Source: Rathayibacter tritici
GTDB taxonomy: Bacteria; Actinomycetota; Actinomycetes; Actinomycetales; Microbacteriaceae
DNA length: 32,000 nucleotides
Reading direction: 5' to 3'
NCBI RefSeq assembly: GCF_002932875.1
Contig: NZ_PSWS01000036.1
Span: forward strand, 56,026 to 88,025
The position numbers were made by a program, and so were the translations under genes. Below are positions 17,141 to 25,900 of this stretch, piece by piece; the first letter of the stretch is position 1; each line of letters starts with the position of its first letter. Under the pieces are notes generated by a model. The model searched no databases and was not told the origin of the DNA. It was given only the letters and a program-made list of their open reading frames with translations.

Positions 17141-18113
17141 GGGTGGTGGTCCTCTCGTGAGCCACGCAGAGCGAGAGCGTCGTCTCGATGATCTGGTGAA
17201 GGGTGCGGGTGGTGAAGTAGGCCAGGTGGGGAGTGACGACGACGTTCGGCATCGCGACCAGGCGCTCGAGGGAGCGGTGGGGGAGCGGCCGGCCGGAGTG
17301 GTCGACCGAGAAGTAGCCCTCTTCGCCCTCGACGACGTCGAGAGCGGCGCCACCGAGCCGGCCGTCCTCGAGGGCGGCGAGCAGCGCGTCCGTGTCGACC
17401 AGGCCGCCGCGACCGGTGTTGACCACGAGTGCGCCCGTCCGCAGTCGGTCGATCCGCTCGGCGGTGAGGAAGTGGTGGGTTGTGTCGGACAGGGGCAGGT
17501 GCAGGGTGAGCACATCGCTCGCGGCCAGCGCTTGCTCGAGCGGGACTCGCTCCGTGCCCTCGGGCGCCGGGCCGGAACCGCCGACGATCAGCACGCGGCA
17601 GCCGAAGGGGCGCAACCGCTCGGCGACGGCGCAGCCGATGCGCCCGCCGCCGATCACCGCCACGGTGACACTGCGCAGCTCCCGGCCTCGCGTGTCGGGC
17701 GCGCGGAAATCGTGCCGGGCGACGGCGGCGAGAGTGGGCCGGGCGTTGCGCAGGGCGAGGAGGATCAGCATGACCGTGTGGTCGGCGACTCCGTCGGGCT
17801 CGTACCCGACGTTCGCGACGGTGATGCCGAGCGCGGCGGCCGCCTCGACGTCGAGGTGATCGACGCCGATACTCCGGGTGATGAGCGAGCGCACTCCGTT
17901 CGCGGCGAGGGCGTGCAACGTCTCCGCGGTCACGGCGCTCACGTGGCTGACGCTGACGCAGGGCGTCCCGACCGCCAGGGCCGCGCTCACCGGGCTGACG
18001 GGGACAGCCTCCACCCGGCAGCGCACGGGGTAGCGGCGCGACGCCTCCGCAATGGCACGCGCTTCTTCACGATCGCACCCGAAGAAGGTGATCGCCTGGT
18101 CTGTCTCGAACAT
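17133..18113 (-). CDS. vanH: D-specific 2-hydroxyacid (D-lactate) dehydrogenase VanH
   Basis: D-isomer 2-hydroxyacid dehydrogenase fold (VAVIGGGRIGCAVAERLRPFGCRVL, ALDVVEGEEGYF, MPNVVVTPHLAYFT). Its 3' end overlaps the ligase start by 8 nt. Confidence 0.9.
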   Translation of the reverse strand: MFETDQAITFFGCDREEARAIAEASRRYPVRCRVEAVPVSPVSAALAVGTPCVSVSHVSAVTAETLHALAANGVRSLITRSIGVDHLDVEAAAALGITVANVGYEPDGVADHTVMLILLALRNARPTLAAVARHDFRAPDTRGRELRSVTVAVIGGGRIGCAVAERLRPFGCRVLIVGGSGPAPEGTERVPLEQALAASDVLTLHLPLSDTTHHFLTAERIDRLRTGALVVNTGRGGLVDTDALLAALEDGRLGGAALDVVEGEEGYFSVDHSGRPLPHRSLERLVAMPNVVVTPHLAYFTTRTLHQIIETTLSLCVAHERTTTHV

Positions 18114-18276
18114 GACTCAAGACAACGCGATCCCCCGTTGCGTCCCCGTCGCCCCTTCCCGATACGCCGACAACACCCCCCGCCCGCCCCAGCCCCCTCC
18201 TCCCCCGCCGCGAGATGCCACTTATGTACGCGACACGCCGGGCGGGGCGCACCCACGTGGCATCTTGCGGCAAAGG
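18114..18276 (-). promoter_or_regulatory. vanH upstream region / putA downstream region with a G-quadruplex motif and a 9-bp inverted repeat
   Basis: The sense (minus) strand carries G5-AGGA-G5-CT-G4-C-G3-C-G6 (plus-strand C runs 18176-18206). Inverted repeat AGATGCCAC (18213-18221) / GTGGCATCT (18257-18265). CCACGTGG palindrome at 18253-18260. Confidence 0.4.
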
Positions 18277-21200
18277 TCAGAGCAGGGAGTCGGTGAGGTG
18301 GTCGGGCGTGCCGAAGCGGTGGGCGGTGATCGAGACGGCTTGCTCGCGGAGGAAGGGCAGCAGTTCGAGGCGGCCGGCCTCGGTTGCCTCGCCGGCGTAG
18401 ACGGCGAGGTCGGGGCGTCCACCGGTCACGGCGGTGACCGTCGCGGCGGGGGCGCCCAGCAGGCGCACCCGTCCGGCGCCGTGGGCGCGCACCCGTGCCT
18501 CCCACGCCGCGTCGTCCTCGACCACCACGGCGCCCGCAGTCTCGGCGAGCGCGGCGGCGACAAGCGGAGGCAGTACCACAGCACTCGAGACGACCACGGA
18601 TGCCCGGGCGGTCGCCGCGGCGACGGCCACCCGGACGAGCGAGCCGAGCGGCTCCCCGTCGGCCAGGCGCACCAGCACGGCGGAGTCGTAGGGCAGGTGG
18701 CGGAACACGTTCCGTTCCGCCGCCAGCCCCGTCACGTCGCGGGGAGCGCCCGCGGCCCACGCCGCGGCGCAGCTGCGGGCAGTCCGCTCGACGCCGACGT
18801 ACTCCTGGGCCGAGAGTTCGCCGCGCGCCGCCGCGAGCAGTCGCGCGGCCGGGCCGACGACCGCGGCCGTCGCCTCCGACGGCGTCGCGCTCCACGAGCC
18901 CAGCCCGAGCAGGTAGTCCGGCCCGCCCGCCTTCGTGCCCGGCCCAACCGCCGACTTCTTCCAGCCGCCGAACGGCTGGCGCTGCACGATCGCGCCGGTG
19001 ATCCCGCGGTTCACGGAGAGGTTGCCGGCCTCGATCCCGTCGAGCCAGGTGCCGATCTCGTCCGGGTCGAGCGCGTGCAGGCCCGAGGTGAGCCCGTAGT
19101 CCACCTCGTTCACCAGCGCGATCGCCTCGTCGAGGGTCGCCGCCGTCATGATCCCCAGGATCGGCCCGAAGTACTCGGTGCGGTGGAAGTCGGAGCCGCG
19201 GCGCACGCCCTCGCGCACGCCCGGGCTCCACAGCCGGCCGGACTCGTCCAGCGTCCGCGGCTGCAGCAGCCAGGTCTCGCCGGCGCCGAGCGTCGTCAGG
19301 CCGCGCAGCAGCTTGCCCTCGGCCGGCTCGATCACCGGGCCCATCCGCGTCGCGGGGTCCGTCGGGTAGCCGACGGTGAGGGAGGAGACCGCGTCGAGCA
19401 GCTGCCCGCGGAACCGCGTCGAGCGGGCGACGGAGCCGACCAGCACCACGAGCGAGGCGGCCGAGCACTTCTGCCCGGCGTGCCCGAAGGCGCTCGCCAC
19501 GACGTCCTTCACCGCGAGGTCGAGGTCGGCCGAGGGGGTGACGATGATCGCGTTCTTGCCGCTGGTCTCGGCGAGCAGCGGGAGGTCGTGCCGGAAGGAG
19601 CGGAACAGCTCCGCCGTCTCGTAGGCGCCGGTGAGGATCACGCGGTCCACCGCGGGCGAGGCGATCAGGTCGCGGCCCAGCTCCTCCTCCGGCAGACGGA
19701 GCAATCGCAGCGCCTCGCGGGGGACGCCCGCCGCCCACAGCGCCTCGGCCACCACGGCGCCGCAGCGGGCGGTGGGACCGGCGGGCTTGAGCACCACGGC
19801 GGAGCCGGCCGCCAGCGCCGCGAGCACGCCTCCGGCCGGAATCGCGACCGGGAAGTTCCACGGCGGAGCGACCAGCGTCAGCGCGGCCGGGTGGAAGCGG
19901 GCACCGTCCACCGCGTCGAGTTCGAGCGCGCGCTCGGCGTAATAGTGCGCGAAGTCCACGGCCTCCGAGACCTCGGGGTCGCCCTGGTCGATCGTCTTGC
20001 CGCCCTCGGCCGCCATGACCTCCAGCAGCTCGGCGCGGCGCGCCTCCAGCTCGTCGCCGGCGCGGTGCAGGATGCGGGCCCGCTCGCCGGCCGGAACGTC
20101 GCTCCAGCCGCTGGCGCGCGCTCCGGAGAGCACCGACTCCAGCTCGCCGCGGGTGCCGATCGTGGCGGCCTCGATCGCGTCGGCGCCCGCGCGGGAGGAG
20201 GGAACGCGCGCGAGGATCGCCCCGGCCCACTCGCGGTTCGCAGCCACGGACGGGTCGGTGTCCGGGGTGCTGCGGAAGTCGCCGACGCCGGGGCGACCGC
20301 TCGCGGCGAACCGGTCGGCCACGCGATGCGCCGGGGGCACTGCCCCGTCGAGGGCGGCCACGGAGGCGCGGAACCGCTCCTCCTCCCGCGCGAACAGCGC
20401 CGGATCGGCCTCGAGCTCGAAGACGGCCGACATGAAGTTCTGGCTCGACGCGCCCTCCTCCAGCCGGCGGATCAGGTAGGCGATCGCCACATCGAACTCG
20501 GCCGGCGCGACGACCGGCGTGTAGAGCAGGAGCGAGCCGACCGTGCGGCGCACCGCCTCCGCCTGGCCCTGCGCCATGCCGAGCAGCATCTCGTACTCGA
20601 TGCCCTCGCGGACGCCGCGGGTACCGGCGAGCAGCCACGAGTAGGCGATGTCGAAGAGGTTGTGGCCGGCGACGCCGACCCGAACGGCGCGGATCCGCTC
20701 CGGGTGCAGGGCGTAGCCGAGAACGCGCTTGTAGTTCGTGTCCGAGTCCTGCTTGCTGCTCCAGGTCGCCAGCGGCCAGCCGTGCACCGACGCCTCGACC
20801 TGCTCCATCGGCAGGTTCGCGCCCTTGACCAGGCGCACCTTGATGGCGGCGCCACCGCGGGCACGGCGGGCCGCGCTCCACTCCTGCAGGCGGATCATCG
20901 CCGACAGCGCGTCGGGGAGGTACGCCTGCAGCACGATGCCGGCCTCGAGGTCCGTGAACTCTGGCCGGTCCAGGATGCGGGTGAAGACCGCGATGGTGAG
21001 GTCGAGGTCCTTGTACTCCTCCATGTCGAGGTTGATGAACTTCTGCGGCGAGGAGGCGGCGGCCCGCGCGAACAGCGGCGCCAGCTCCTCGACGATGTCG
21101 TCGACCGCAGCGTCGAAGGCCCACGGGTTGTGCGGGGCGGTGCTCGAGGAGACCTTGATCGAGACGTAGTCGACGTCCTCACGGGCGAGGAGGCGGTGGG

Positions 21201-21732
21201 TGCCCTCCAGGCGGCGGCGGGCCTCCTCCCGGCCGAGGACGGCCTCGCCGAGCAGGTTCATGTTGAGCCGCACGCCGTCGCGGCGGATCGCGGCGATCGC
21301 CGGGCCCAGGCGCGAGTCGGTCGCGTCGATGAGGAGGTGGCCGACCATCCGCCGCAGCACCCGGCGCGCGATCGGCACCACGACGTCCGGGAGCAGCGGC
21401 GCCATCACGCCGCCGAGGGCGACGGCCGCGCGCATCGGAGCCGGGAGGAACCCGGGCACGCCGCCCGCGATGGCCTTCAGCGCCGCCGCGGCCACGCGGG
21501 TGTCCTCGGGGCGGACGACGCCGTCGACGAAGCCGACCGTGAAGTCCAGGCCAGACGGATCCTTCAGCACGCCTGCCAGCTGCGCCCCGGAGGCGTCGGT
21601 GGGGATCGCGGAGGCCTCGCGCAGCCAGCGCCGGACCAGAGCAACGCTGTCGTCGACGAGGCGGGGGTCGACGGAGTCGGGAGCGGGGCCGGAGGTGGCG
21701 GGCGCGGAAGCGGGGCTGGCGAGATCCGTCAT
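18277..21732 (-). CDS. putA: Bifunctional proline dehydrogenase / L-glutamate-gamma-semialdehyde dehydrogenase PutA
   Basis: 1151 aa. The N-terminal half is proline-dehydrogenase-like. The C-terminal half is an aldehyde dehydrogenase with ETSGKNAIIV and the catalytic-Cys block FGHAGQKCSAAS. Confidence 0.93.
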   Translation of the reverse strand: MTDLASPASAPATSGPAPDSVDPRLVDDSVALVRRWLREASAIPTDASGAQLAGVLKDPSGLDFTVGFVDGVVRPEDTRVAAAALKAIAGGVPGFLPAPMRAAVALGGVMAPLLPDVVVPIARRVLRRMVGHLLIDATDSRLGPAIAAIRRDGVRLNMNLLGEAVLGREEARRRLEGTHRLLAREDVDYVSIKVSSSTAPHNPWAFDAAVDDIVEELAPLFARAAASSPQKFINLDMEEYKDLDLTIAVFTRILDRPEFTDLEAGIVLQAYLPDALSAMIRLQEWSAARRARGGAAIKVRLVKGANLPMEQVEASVHGWPLATWSSKQDSDTNYKRVLGYALHPERIRAVRVGVAGHNLFDIAYSWLLAGTRGVREGIEYEMLLGMAQGQAEAVRRTVGSLLLYTPVVAPAEFDVAIAYLIRRLEEGASSQNFMSAVFELEADPALFAREEERFRASVAALDGAVPPAHRVADRFAASGRPGVGDFRSTPDTDPSVAANREWAGAILARVPSSRAGADAIEAATIGTRGELESVLSGARASGWSDVPAGERARILHRAGDELEARRAELLEVMAAEGGKTIDQGDPEVSEAVDFAHYYAERALELDAVDGARFHPAALTLVAPPWNFPVAIPAGGVLAALAAGSAVVLKPAGPTARCGAVVAEALWAAGVPREALRLLRLPEEELGRDLIASPAVDRVILTGAYETAELFRSFRHDLPLLAETSGKNAIIVTPSADLDLAVKDVVASAFGHAGQKCSAASLVVLVGSVARSTRFRGQLLDAVSSLTVGYPTDPATRMGPVIEPAEGKLLRGLTTLGAGETWLLQPRTLDESGRLWSPGVREGVRRGSDFHRTEYFGPILGIMTAATLDEAIALVNEVDYGLTSGLHALDPDEIGTWLDGIEAGNLSVNRGITGAIVQRQPFGGWKKSAVGPGTKAGGPDYLLGLGSWSATPSEATAAVVGPAARLLAAARGELSAQEYVGVERTARSCAAAWAAGAPRDVTGLAAERNVFRHLPYDSAVLVRLADGEPLGSLVRVAVAAATARASVVVSSAVVLPPLVAAALAETAGAVVVEDDAAWEARVRAHGAGRVRLLGAPAATVTAVTGGRPDLAVYAGEATEAGRLELLPFLREQAVSITAHRFGTPDHLTDSLL

Positions 21733-21849
21733 GGTGCGGTCCTTCTGCTCTGAGGGTCGGTCCCCTCAGTATTCGACCGAGTACCGTTGAGCAGAAGCGA
21801 CCGTTCCTTACCGGTACCGGTCAGCTCAGCTGAACGATCGGAGGTCGCC
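21733..21849. promoter_or_regulatory. Divergent putA / LysR control region rich in dyad symmetry
   Basis: CTTCTGCTC (21742-21750) / GAGCAGAAG (21789-21797), inner CTGAGGG/CCCTCAG (21750-21756 / 21763-21769), and palindrome CCGGTACCGG (21811-21820). Confidence 0.45.
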
Positions 21850-22740
21850 GTGCTCGATGTCCGCCGCCTGGTCCTGCTGCGCGAGGTCGCCATTCGCGGA
21901 ACCCTCGCCGCCGCCGCGGAGGCCCTCGCCTACAGCCCCTCCGCGGTCTCGCAGCAGCTCGCGGTGCTCGAGCGCGAGACCGGAGTCGAGCTGCTGCGCA
22001 AGGCCGGACGGCGCGTGCAGCTCACTCCGCAGGCCGAGATCCTGGTGGCGGCGGCCGGCGAGGCGCTCGCCCTGCTCGAGCGGGCGGAGGCGGCGCTCGC
22101 GGCGTCCGGCGAGTCGATCACCGGGCGGGTGCGCGTCGCGGTGTTCCAGTCGGCGGCGCTCGCTCTGATGCCGGGCGCGCTTCGGGCCGTGGCCGAGCGC
22201 TTCCCGGAGGTGCGGGTCGAGATGGTGCAGCGCGAGCCGGAGGGGGCGCTGCACGAGATGTCGTGGGCGCGGGAATTCGACCTCGTCGTCGCCGAGCAGT
22301 ACCCCGGCCACTCCACCTCGTGGCTGCCGGGGCTGGTGCGCAGCGATCTCACGACCGACGCGATCCGCCTCGCCGTCAGCCGCGACTCCGCTGTGGTGGA
22401 CCTCGCCTCGACCCGCGACTGCGCCTGGGTGATGGAGCCGCGCGGCACCGCGAGCCGCCACTTCGCCGAGCAGACCTGCCGCGTCGCGGGCTTCGAACCC
22501 GACGTCCGCTTCGAGACCGCCGACCTTCAGGCGCAGATCCGCCTCGCCGCCTCCGGCCACGCCGTCGCCCTGATGCCCGACCTGGTCTGGGCGGGCGAGG
22601 AGCCGGACTGCCGCCTCCTAGAGCTGCCGGGAACGCCTCGCCGCACGATCTTCACGGCCCAGCGGGAGGCGCAGCTGGCGTCGCCGGCCGTGCGCGTCTT
22701 CCGCGAGTGCCTGGCCGAGGTGGCGGGGCGGTACGCCTGA
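21850..22740 (+). CDS. LysR-family transcriptional regulator (divergent from putA)
   Basis: HTH block RLVLLREVAIRGTLAAAAEALAYSPSAVSQQLAVLERE. GTG 21850 is preceded by GGAGG. The ORF track gives a longer form from 21787. Confidence 0.85.
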   Translation: MLDVRRLVLLREVAIRGTLAAAAEALAYSPSAVSQQLAVLERETGVELLRKAGRRVQLTPQAEILVAAAGEALALLERAEAALAASGESITGRVRVAVFQSAALALMPGALRAVAERFPEVRVEMVQREPEGALHEMSWAREFDLVVAEQYPGHSTSWLPGLVRSDLTTDAIRLAVSRDSAVVDLASTRDCAWVMEPRGTASRHFAEQTCRVAGFEPDVRFETADLQAQIRLAASGHAVALMPDLVWAGEEPDCRLLELPGTPRRTIFTAQREAQLASPAVRVFRECLAEVAGRYA

Positions 22741-22884
22741 GCCGACGGCGCCTGGAGCCGGACGGAGGGTCGGCTGCTCCGTGAGCGGTGAGAATGTCCC
22801 TCCACAGGGCCGATTCAGGGGGCGATTGTCCGGAACAGGACGATCCGCGGCCCCACTGTCAGTGGTCGCTGGTTCAATACTTAT

Positions 22885-24270
22885 ATGAGAGTACACGGAG
22901 TGACAGCGGCGGCGGAGGCGGTGCTCGGCGAGGTGCGCGCACGCGGTGACCGGGCTGCAGCGCTCGCCCGCTCGGCATCTCCGCTGCTCCTAGCGTCGGC
23001 CGAGGAGCTGTACGCCGGGTACCGCGTCGCGCTCGAGCGTCCGGAATCATTCGCCCGAGGGTCGGCGCCGCATGCTTCGAGCGAGCTCGCCGAGCGATCG
23101 ATCCGTGCCGAGTTCGCGGTCGCCCTCGGAGTGTCCGAGCGGGTCGCCTGCCGCGAGCTCGAGAACGCGCGGCTCCTGGTCGAGGATCTGCCGGCCACCC
23201 GCTCTGCGCTCGCCGAGGCGCGGCTGCGCTGGGAGGCGGGCCAGGCCGTGTGCGCGGTCGCGGCCACCCTGCCGCCGGGCTCCCGGGCGGAGTTCGACGC
23301 GCGGGCCGCCGATCTCGCTGCCCGGTCCACACCCACGCAACTGCGGCGCGCTCTGGCGAGGCTCCGCGAGGAACTCCACGAGCAGCCCCTCGCCGACCGT
23401 CACCGACGCGCTCGCGAGGACCGTGCGGTGTGGCTGAGCCCCGAGGTGGACGGCATGGCGACGCTCTGCGCCCTTCTCCCGGCGCCGGTCGCACTCGGGG
23501 CGTACGCGCGTCTCGACCGGATCGCCCGGATTCTCCGCGACGGTCCCGAGGGACGCGAGTCGGATGCCGAGGGACGCGAACCTGATGCCGGGAGCTCCCC
23601 CGTCCCGGGGCTCGACGGGGGAGACGAGCGCACCCTCGCGCAACTGCGGGCCGACGCCCTGGCCGACATCCTGTGCGATGCCGACGTCATCGGCACGATC
23701 CCCGACGAAGCCGGCGCCGATCGACCCGCTCCGACCCTGGTCCCGGGCGTCCGGGCCGAGGTGCGCGTCACCCTCGCCGCGAGCACCGCCTCCGGCCACG
23801 ACGACGCCCCCGCCGAGCTCGACGGCTACGGTCCGATACCCGCCGGCGCCGCCCGGAGCCTCCTCCCCGCGACCGTCACCCGGGTGATGACCGAGCCGCG
23901 CACGGGCGCCGTCCTCTCGGTCGGTCGCACCCGCCGACTCCCGCACCGTGAGCTGCGGCTCCTCCTCCAGCTCCGCGACGTGACCTGCCGGTTCCCCGGC
24001 TGCACCCGCTCCGCCAGCGGCGCCGAGGCCGACCACGTCGTCGAATGGCGCAACGGAGGCGGCACCGATCCCGGCAACCTCGCCAGCCTCTGCGTCGCCC
24101 ACCACCACGTACGACACGGCGATCGCTGGACCTACGTCCTCCACCCCGACGGCACCGCCGACTGGACCACCCCCACCGGACGCCGCATCACGACCCGGCC
24201 ACCGGCCCTCGAGGCGCGACCGCGATCAGGCCCCCGCCCGAGCTTCGACGACCGCCCGCCGCCGTTCTGA
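22885..24270 (+). CDS. DUF222-type HNH endonuclease (REP13E12-like family)
   Basis: C-terminal HNH nuclease block CRFPGCTRSASGAEADHVVEWRNGGGTDPGNLASLCVAHHHVRH after a long Ala/Arg-rich helical N-terminal region. An unusually AT-rich stretch (TTCAATACTTATATG) lies at the start codon. Confidence 0.8.
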   Translation: MRVHGVTAAAEAVLGEVRARGDRAAALARSASPLLLASAEELYAGYRVALERPESFARGSAPHASSELAERSIRAEFAVALGVSERVACRELENARLLVEDLPATRSALAEARLRWEAGQAVCAVAATLPPGSRAEFDARAADLAARSTPTQLRRALARLREELHEQPLADRHRRAREDRAVWLSPEVDGMATLCALLPAPVALGAYARLDRIARILRDGPEGRESDAEGREPDAGSSPVPGLDGGDERTLAQLRADALADILCDADVIGTIPDEAGADRPAPTLVPGVRAEVRVTLAASTASGHDDAPAELDGYGPIPAGAARSLLPATVTRVMTEPRTGAVLSVGRTRRLPHRELRLLLQLRDVTCRFPGCTRSASGAEADHVVEWRNGGGTDPGNLASLCVAHHHVRHGDRWTYVLHPDGTADWTTPTGRRITTRPPALEARPRSGPRPSFDDRPPPF

Positions 24271-24274
24271 TGCG

Positions 24275-24366
<92 letters not shown>

Positions 24367-24367
24367 C

Positions 24368-25900
24368 CTACGCCGCCAAGAAGCGGTCCGCCGTCCGCAG
24401 CGAGAGCGCCATCGTTGCGAGCGCCGGGTTCGCGATCAGCGAGCTCGGGAACACCGAGTTGTCGCACACCCACAGGTTCGGCACGTCGAAGCTGCGGCCG
24501 TCGGAGTCGACCACCGCGTCGCCCGCGTCGGTCCCCATCCGCACCGTACCGAGGGTGTGCGCCGTGCGCGCCAGCACACGGGTGCTCGTTGCGCCCGCCG
24601 CCTCCACGATCGCGGTCATCGTCCGGATCGCATGCCGGTCGATCGCCTCCTCGTTCGCGCCCGCCGAGAACGTGATGCGCGCCTTCGGCACTCCGTGCTC
24701 GTCCAGCTCGTCGGTCAGCTCCAGCCGGTTGCGGTCGGCGGGCAGGCATTCGGCGTTGATCCCCACCCCCGCGGCGAAGCGGTAGCCGTCGAGCGCGTCC
24801 ATCAGCTCGGCGCCCCACAGCCCGGCACCGCGGGCGAGGGTCGTGGCGTAGGTCAGCGGCATCACGCCGAGGCTCTGGATCAGGTAGCCGCCCACGAAGT
24901 CGGCGTCGGCCGGACGCACGGTGTCCTCGGTGATCGCGGAGGAGGGGTAACCGCGGTAGCCGCGCATCTCGCTCTCGAACGTCCCCCACACCTGCGTCGC
25001 CCCGTGCGCCAAGAAGTTCCGGCCCACCTGCCCGCTGCTGTTCGCGACACCCGTGTGGAGCAGGAGCCGAGGCGTCTCGACGCCGCCCGCGCAGAGGAAC
25101 AGGGCGGAGCAGCGCTGCCGGTGCTCCAGTCCACCGCTCGTATACACCACGGCGCACACCTGGCCCGCGGCGTCCAGCTCGATCCCGTGCACGAACGAGT
25201 CGGCGCGGATCTCAGCGCCGGCGCGCACCGCCTCCGGCAGGTAGGTCACGTCCATGCTCGCCTTCGCGCCGGTGCGGCAGCCCTGATGGCACTGGCCGCA
25301 GTTGACGCAGGCGGGACGGCCGTCGTCCCGCGCCCCGCTCAACACGGCGGCGGGCGCGTCGGTCGCGCGCATCCCGATCGCCGCGCAGCCCCGCAGCATC
25401 ATGTCGGCCGAGGCGTTCCGGGCGAGCGGGCCTTGAAGGTAGCGGCGCGTCGGGTCCCACGGGTACTCGGCCGGCCCCGCCACTCCGATCGACGCCTCGA
25501 CCCGCTCGATGTACGCGGTGAGCTCGGCGTGCTCGATCGGCCAGTCGCGGCCGACCCCCGAGTCGCTCCGCAGCCGCAGGTCGCGCGCGTCGGGGCGCGG
25601 CGTGAACGCCCCCCAGTGCAGCGTCGAGCCGCCGACCCCGCGGCCGCTGTTGTTCTGCCCGAAGGCGGTGGGAGTCCCGCCTCCGCTGAGGCGCTCCTGC
25701 ATCCAGTTGATCTCCACGGCCGCCGTCTCATCGGCCGTGTGCCCGAGCGGATCGACGTGCGGCCCGGCCTCGAGCGCCACCACGCGCAGCCCGCGAGCGG
25801 CGAGCACCGACAGGAGCGGAGCGCCGCCGGCCCCGGTGCCGATCACGATGGCGTCGACCGTCTCCTCCAGCGCGAAGCGGCGCATGCCGGTCGTGTTCAT
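24368..25900 (-). CDS. GMC-family FAD-dependent oxidoreductase
   Basis: N-terminal AIVIGTGAGGAPLL...ALEAG fold and C-terminal GMC blocks AHTLGTVRMG and NLWVCDNSVFPS. The ATG overlaps the upstream stop (ATGA). The rest of the 984-aa ORF in this frame is off-frame junk. Confidence 0.88.
   Translation of the reverse strand: MNTTGMRRFALEETVDAIVIGTGAGGAPLLSVLAARGLRVVALEAGPHVDPLGHTADETAAVEINWMQERLSGGGTPTAFGQNNSGRGVGGSTLHWGAFTPRPDARDLRLRSDSGVGRDWPIEHAELTAYIERVEASIGVAGPAEYPWDPTRRYLQGPLARNASADMMLRGCAAIGMRATDAPAAVLSGARDDGRPACVNCGQCHQGCRTGAKASMDVTYLPEAVRAGAEIRADSFVHGIELDAAGQVCAVVYTSGGLEHRQRCSALFLCAGGVETPRLLLHTGVANSSGQVGRNFLAHGATQVWGTFESEMRGYRGYPSSAITEDTVRPADADFVGGYLIQSLGVMPLTYATTLARGAGLWGAELMDALDGYRFAAGVGINAECLPADRNRLELTDELDEHGVPKARITFSAGANEEAIDRHAIRTMTAIVEAAGATSTRVLARTAHTLGTVRMGTDAGDAVVDSDGRSFDVPNLWVCDNSVFPSSLIANPALATMALSLRTADRFLAA

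Noticed and set aside
13504-18276. van module as a transposon or integrative element
   Set aside because: There is no transposase, integrase, terminal inverted repeat or flanking direct repeat shared between the two borders. GC and codon usage are indistinguishable from the flanks. Acquisition remains possible but is not demonstrable from this window.
17987-21753. Very long alternative ORFs over putA (17987..21124 minus, 1045 aa; 18052..21753 plus, 1233 aa)
   Set aside because: Their translations are Arg/Pro/Gly/Ala-rich low-complexity strings typical of off-frame or antisense reading of high-GC coding DNA. The 18277..21732 frame gives recognisable proline dehydrogenase and aldehyde dehydrogenase motifs.
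22853-22884. tRNA-like fragment or att site (GGTTCAATAC resembling a T-loop, next to palindrome CCACTGTCAGTGG) upstream of the HNH gene
   Set aside because: I could not build an acceptor stem, anticodon arm or CCA-proximal end. The T-loop match is partial, and no integrase is nearby.
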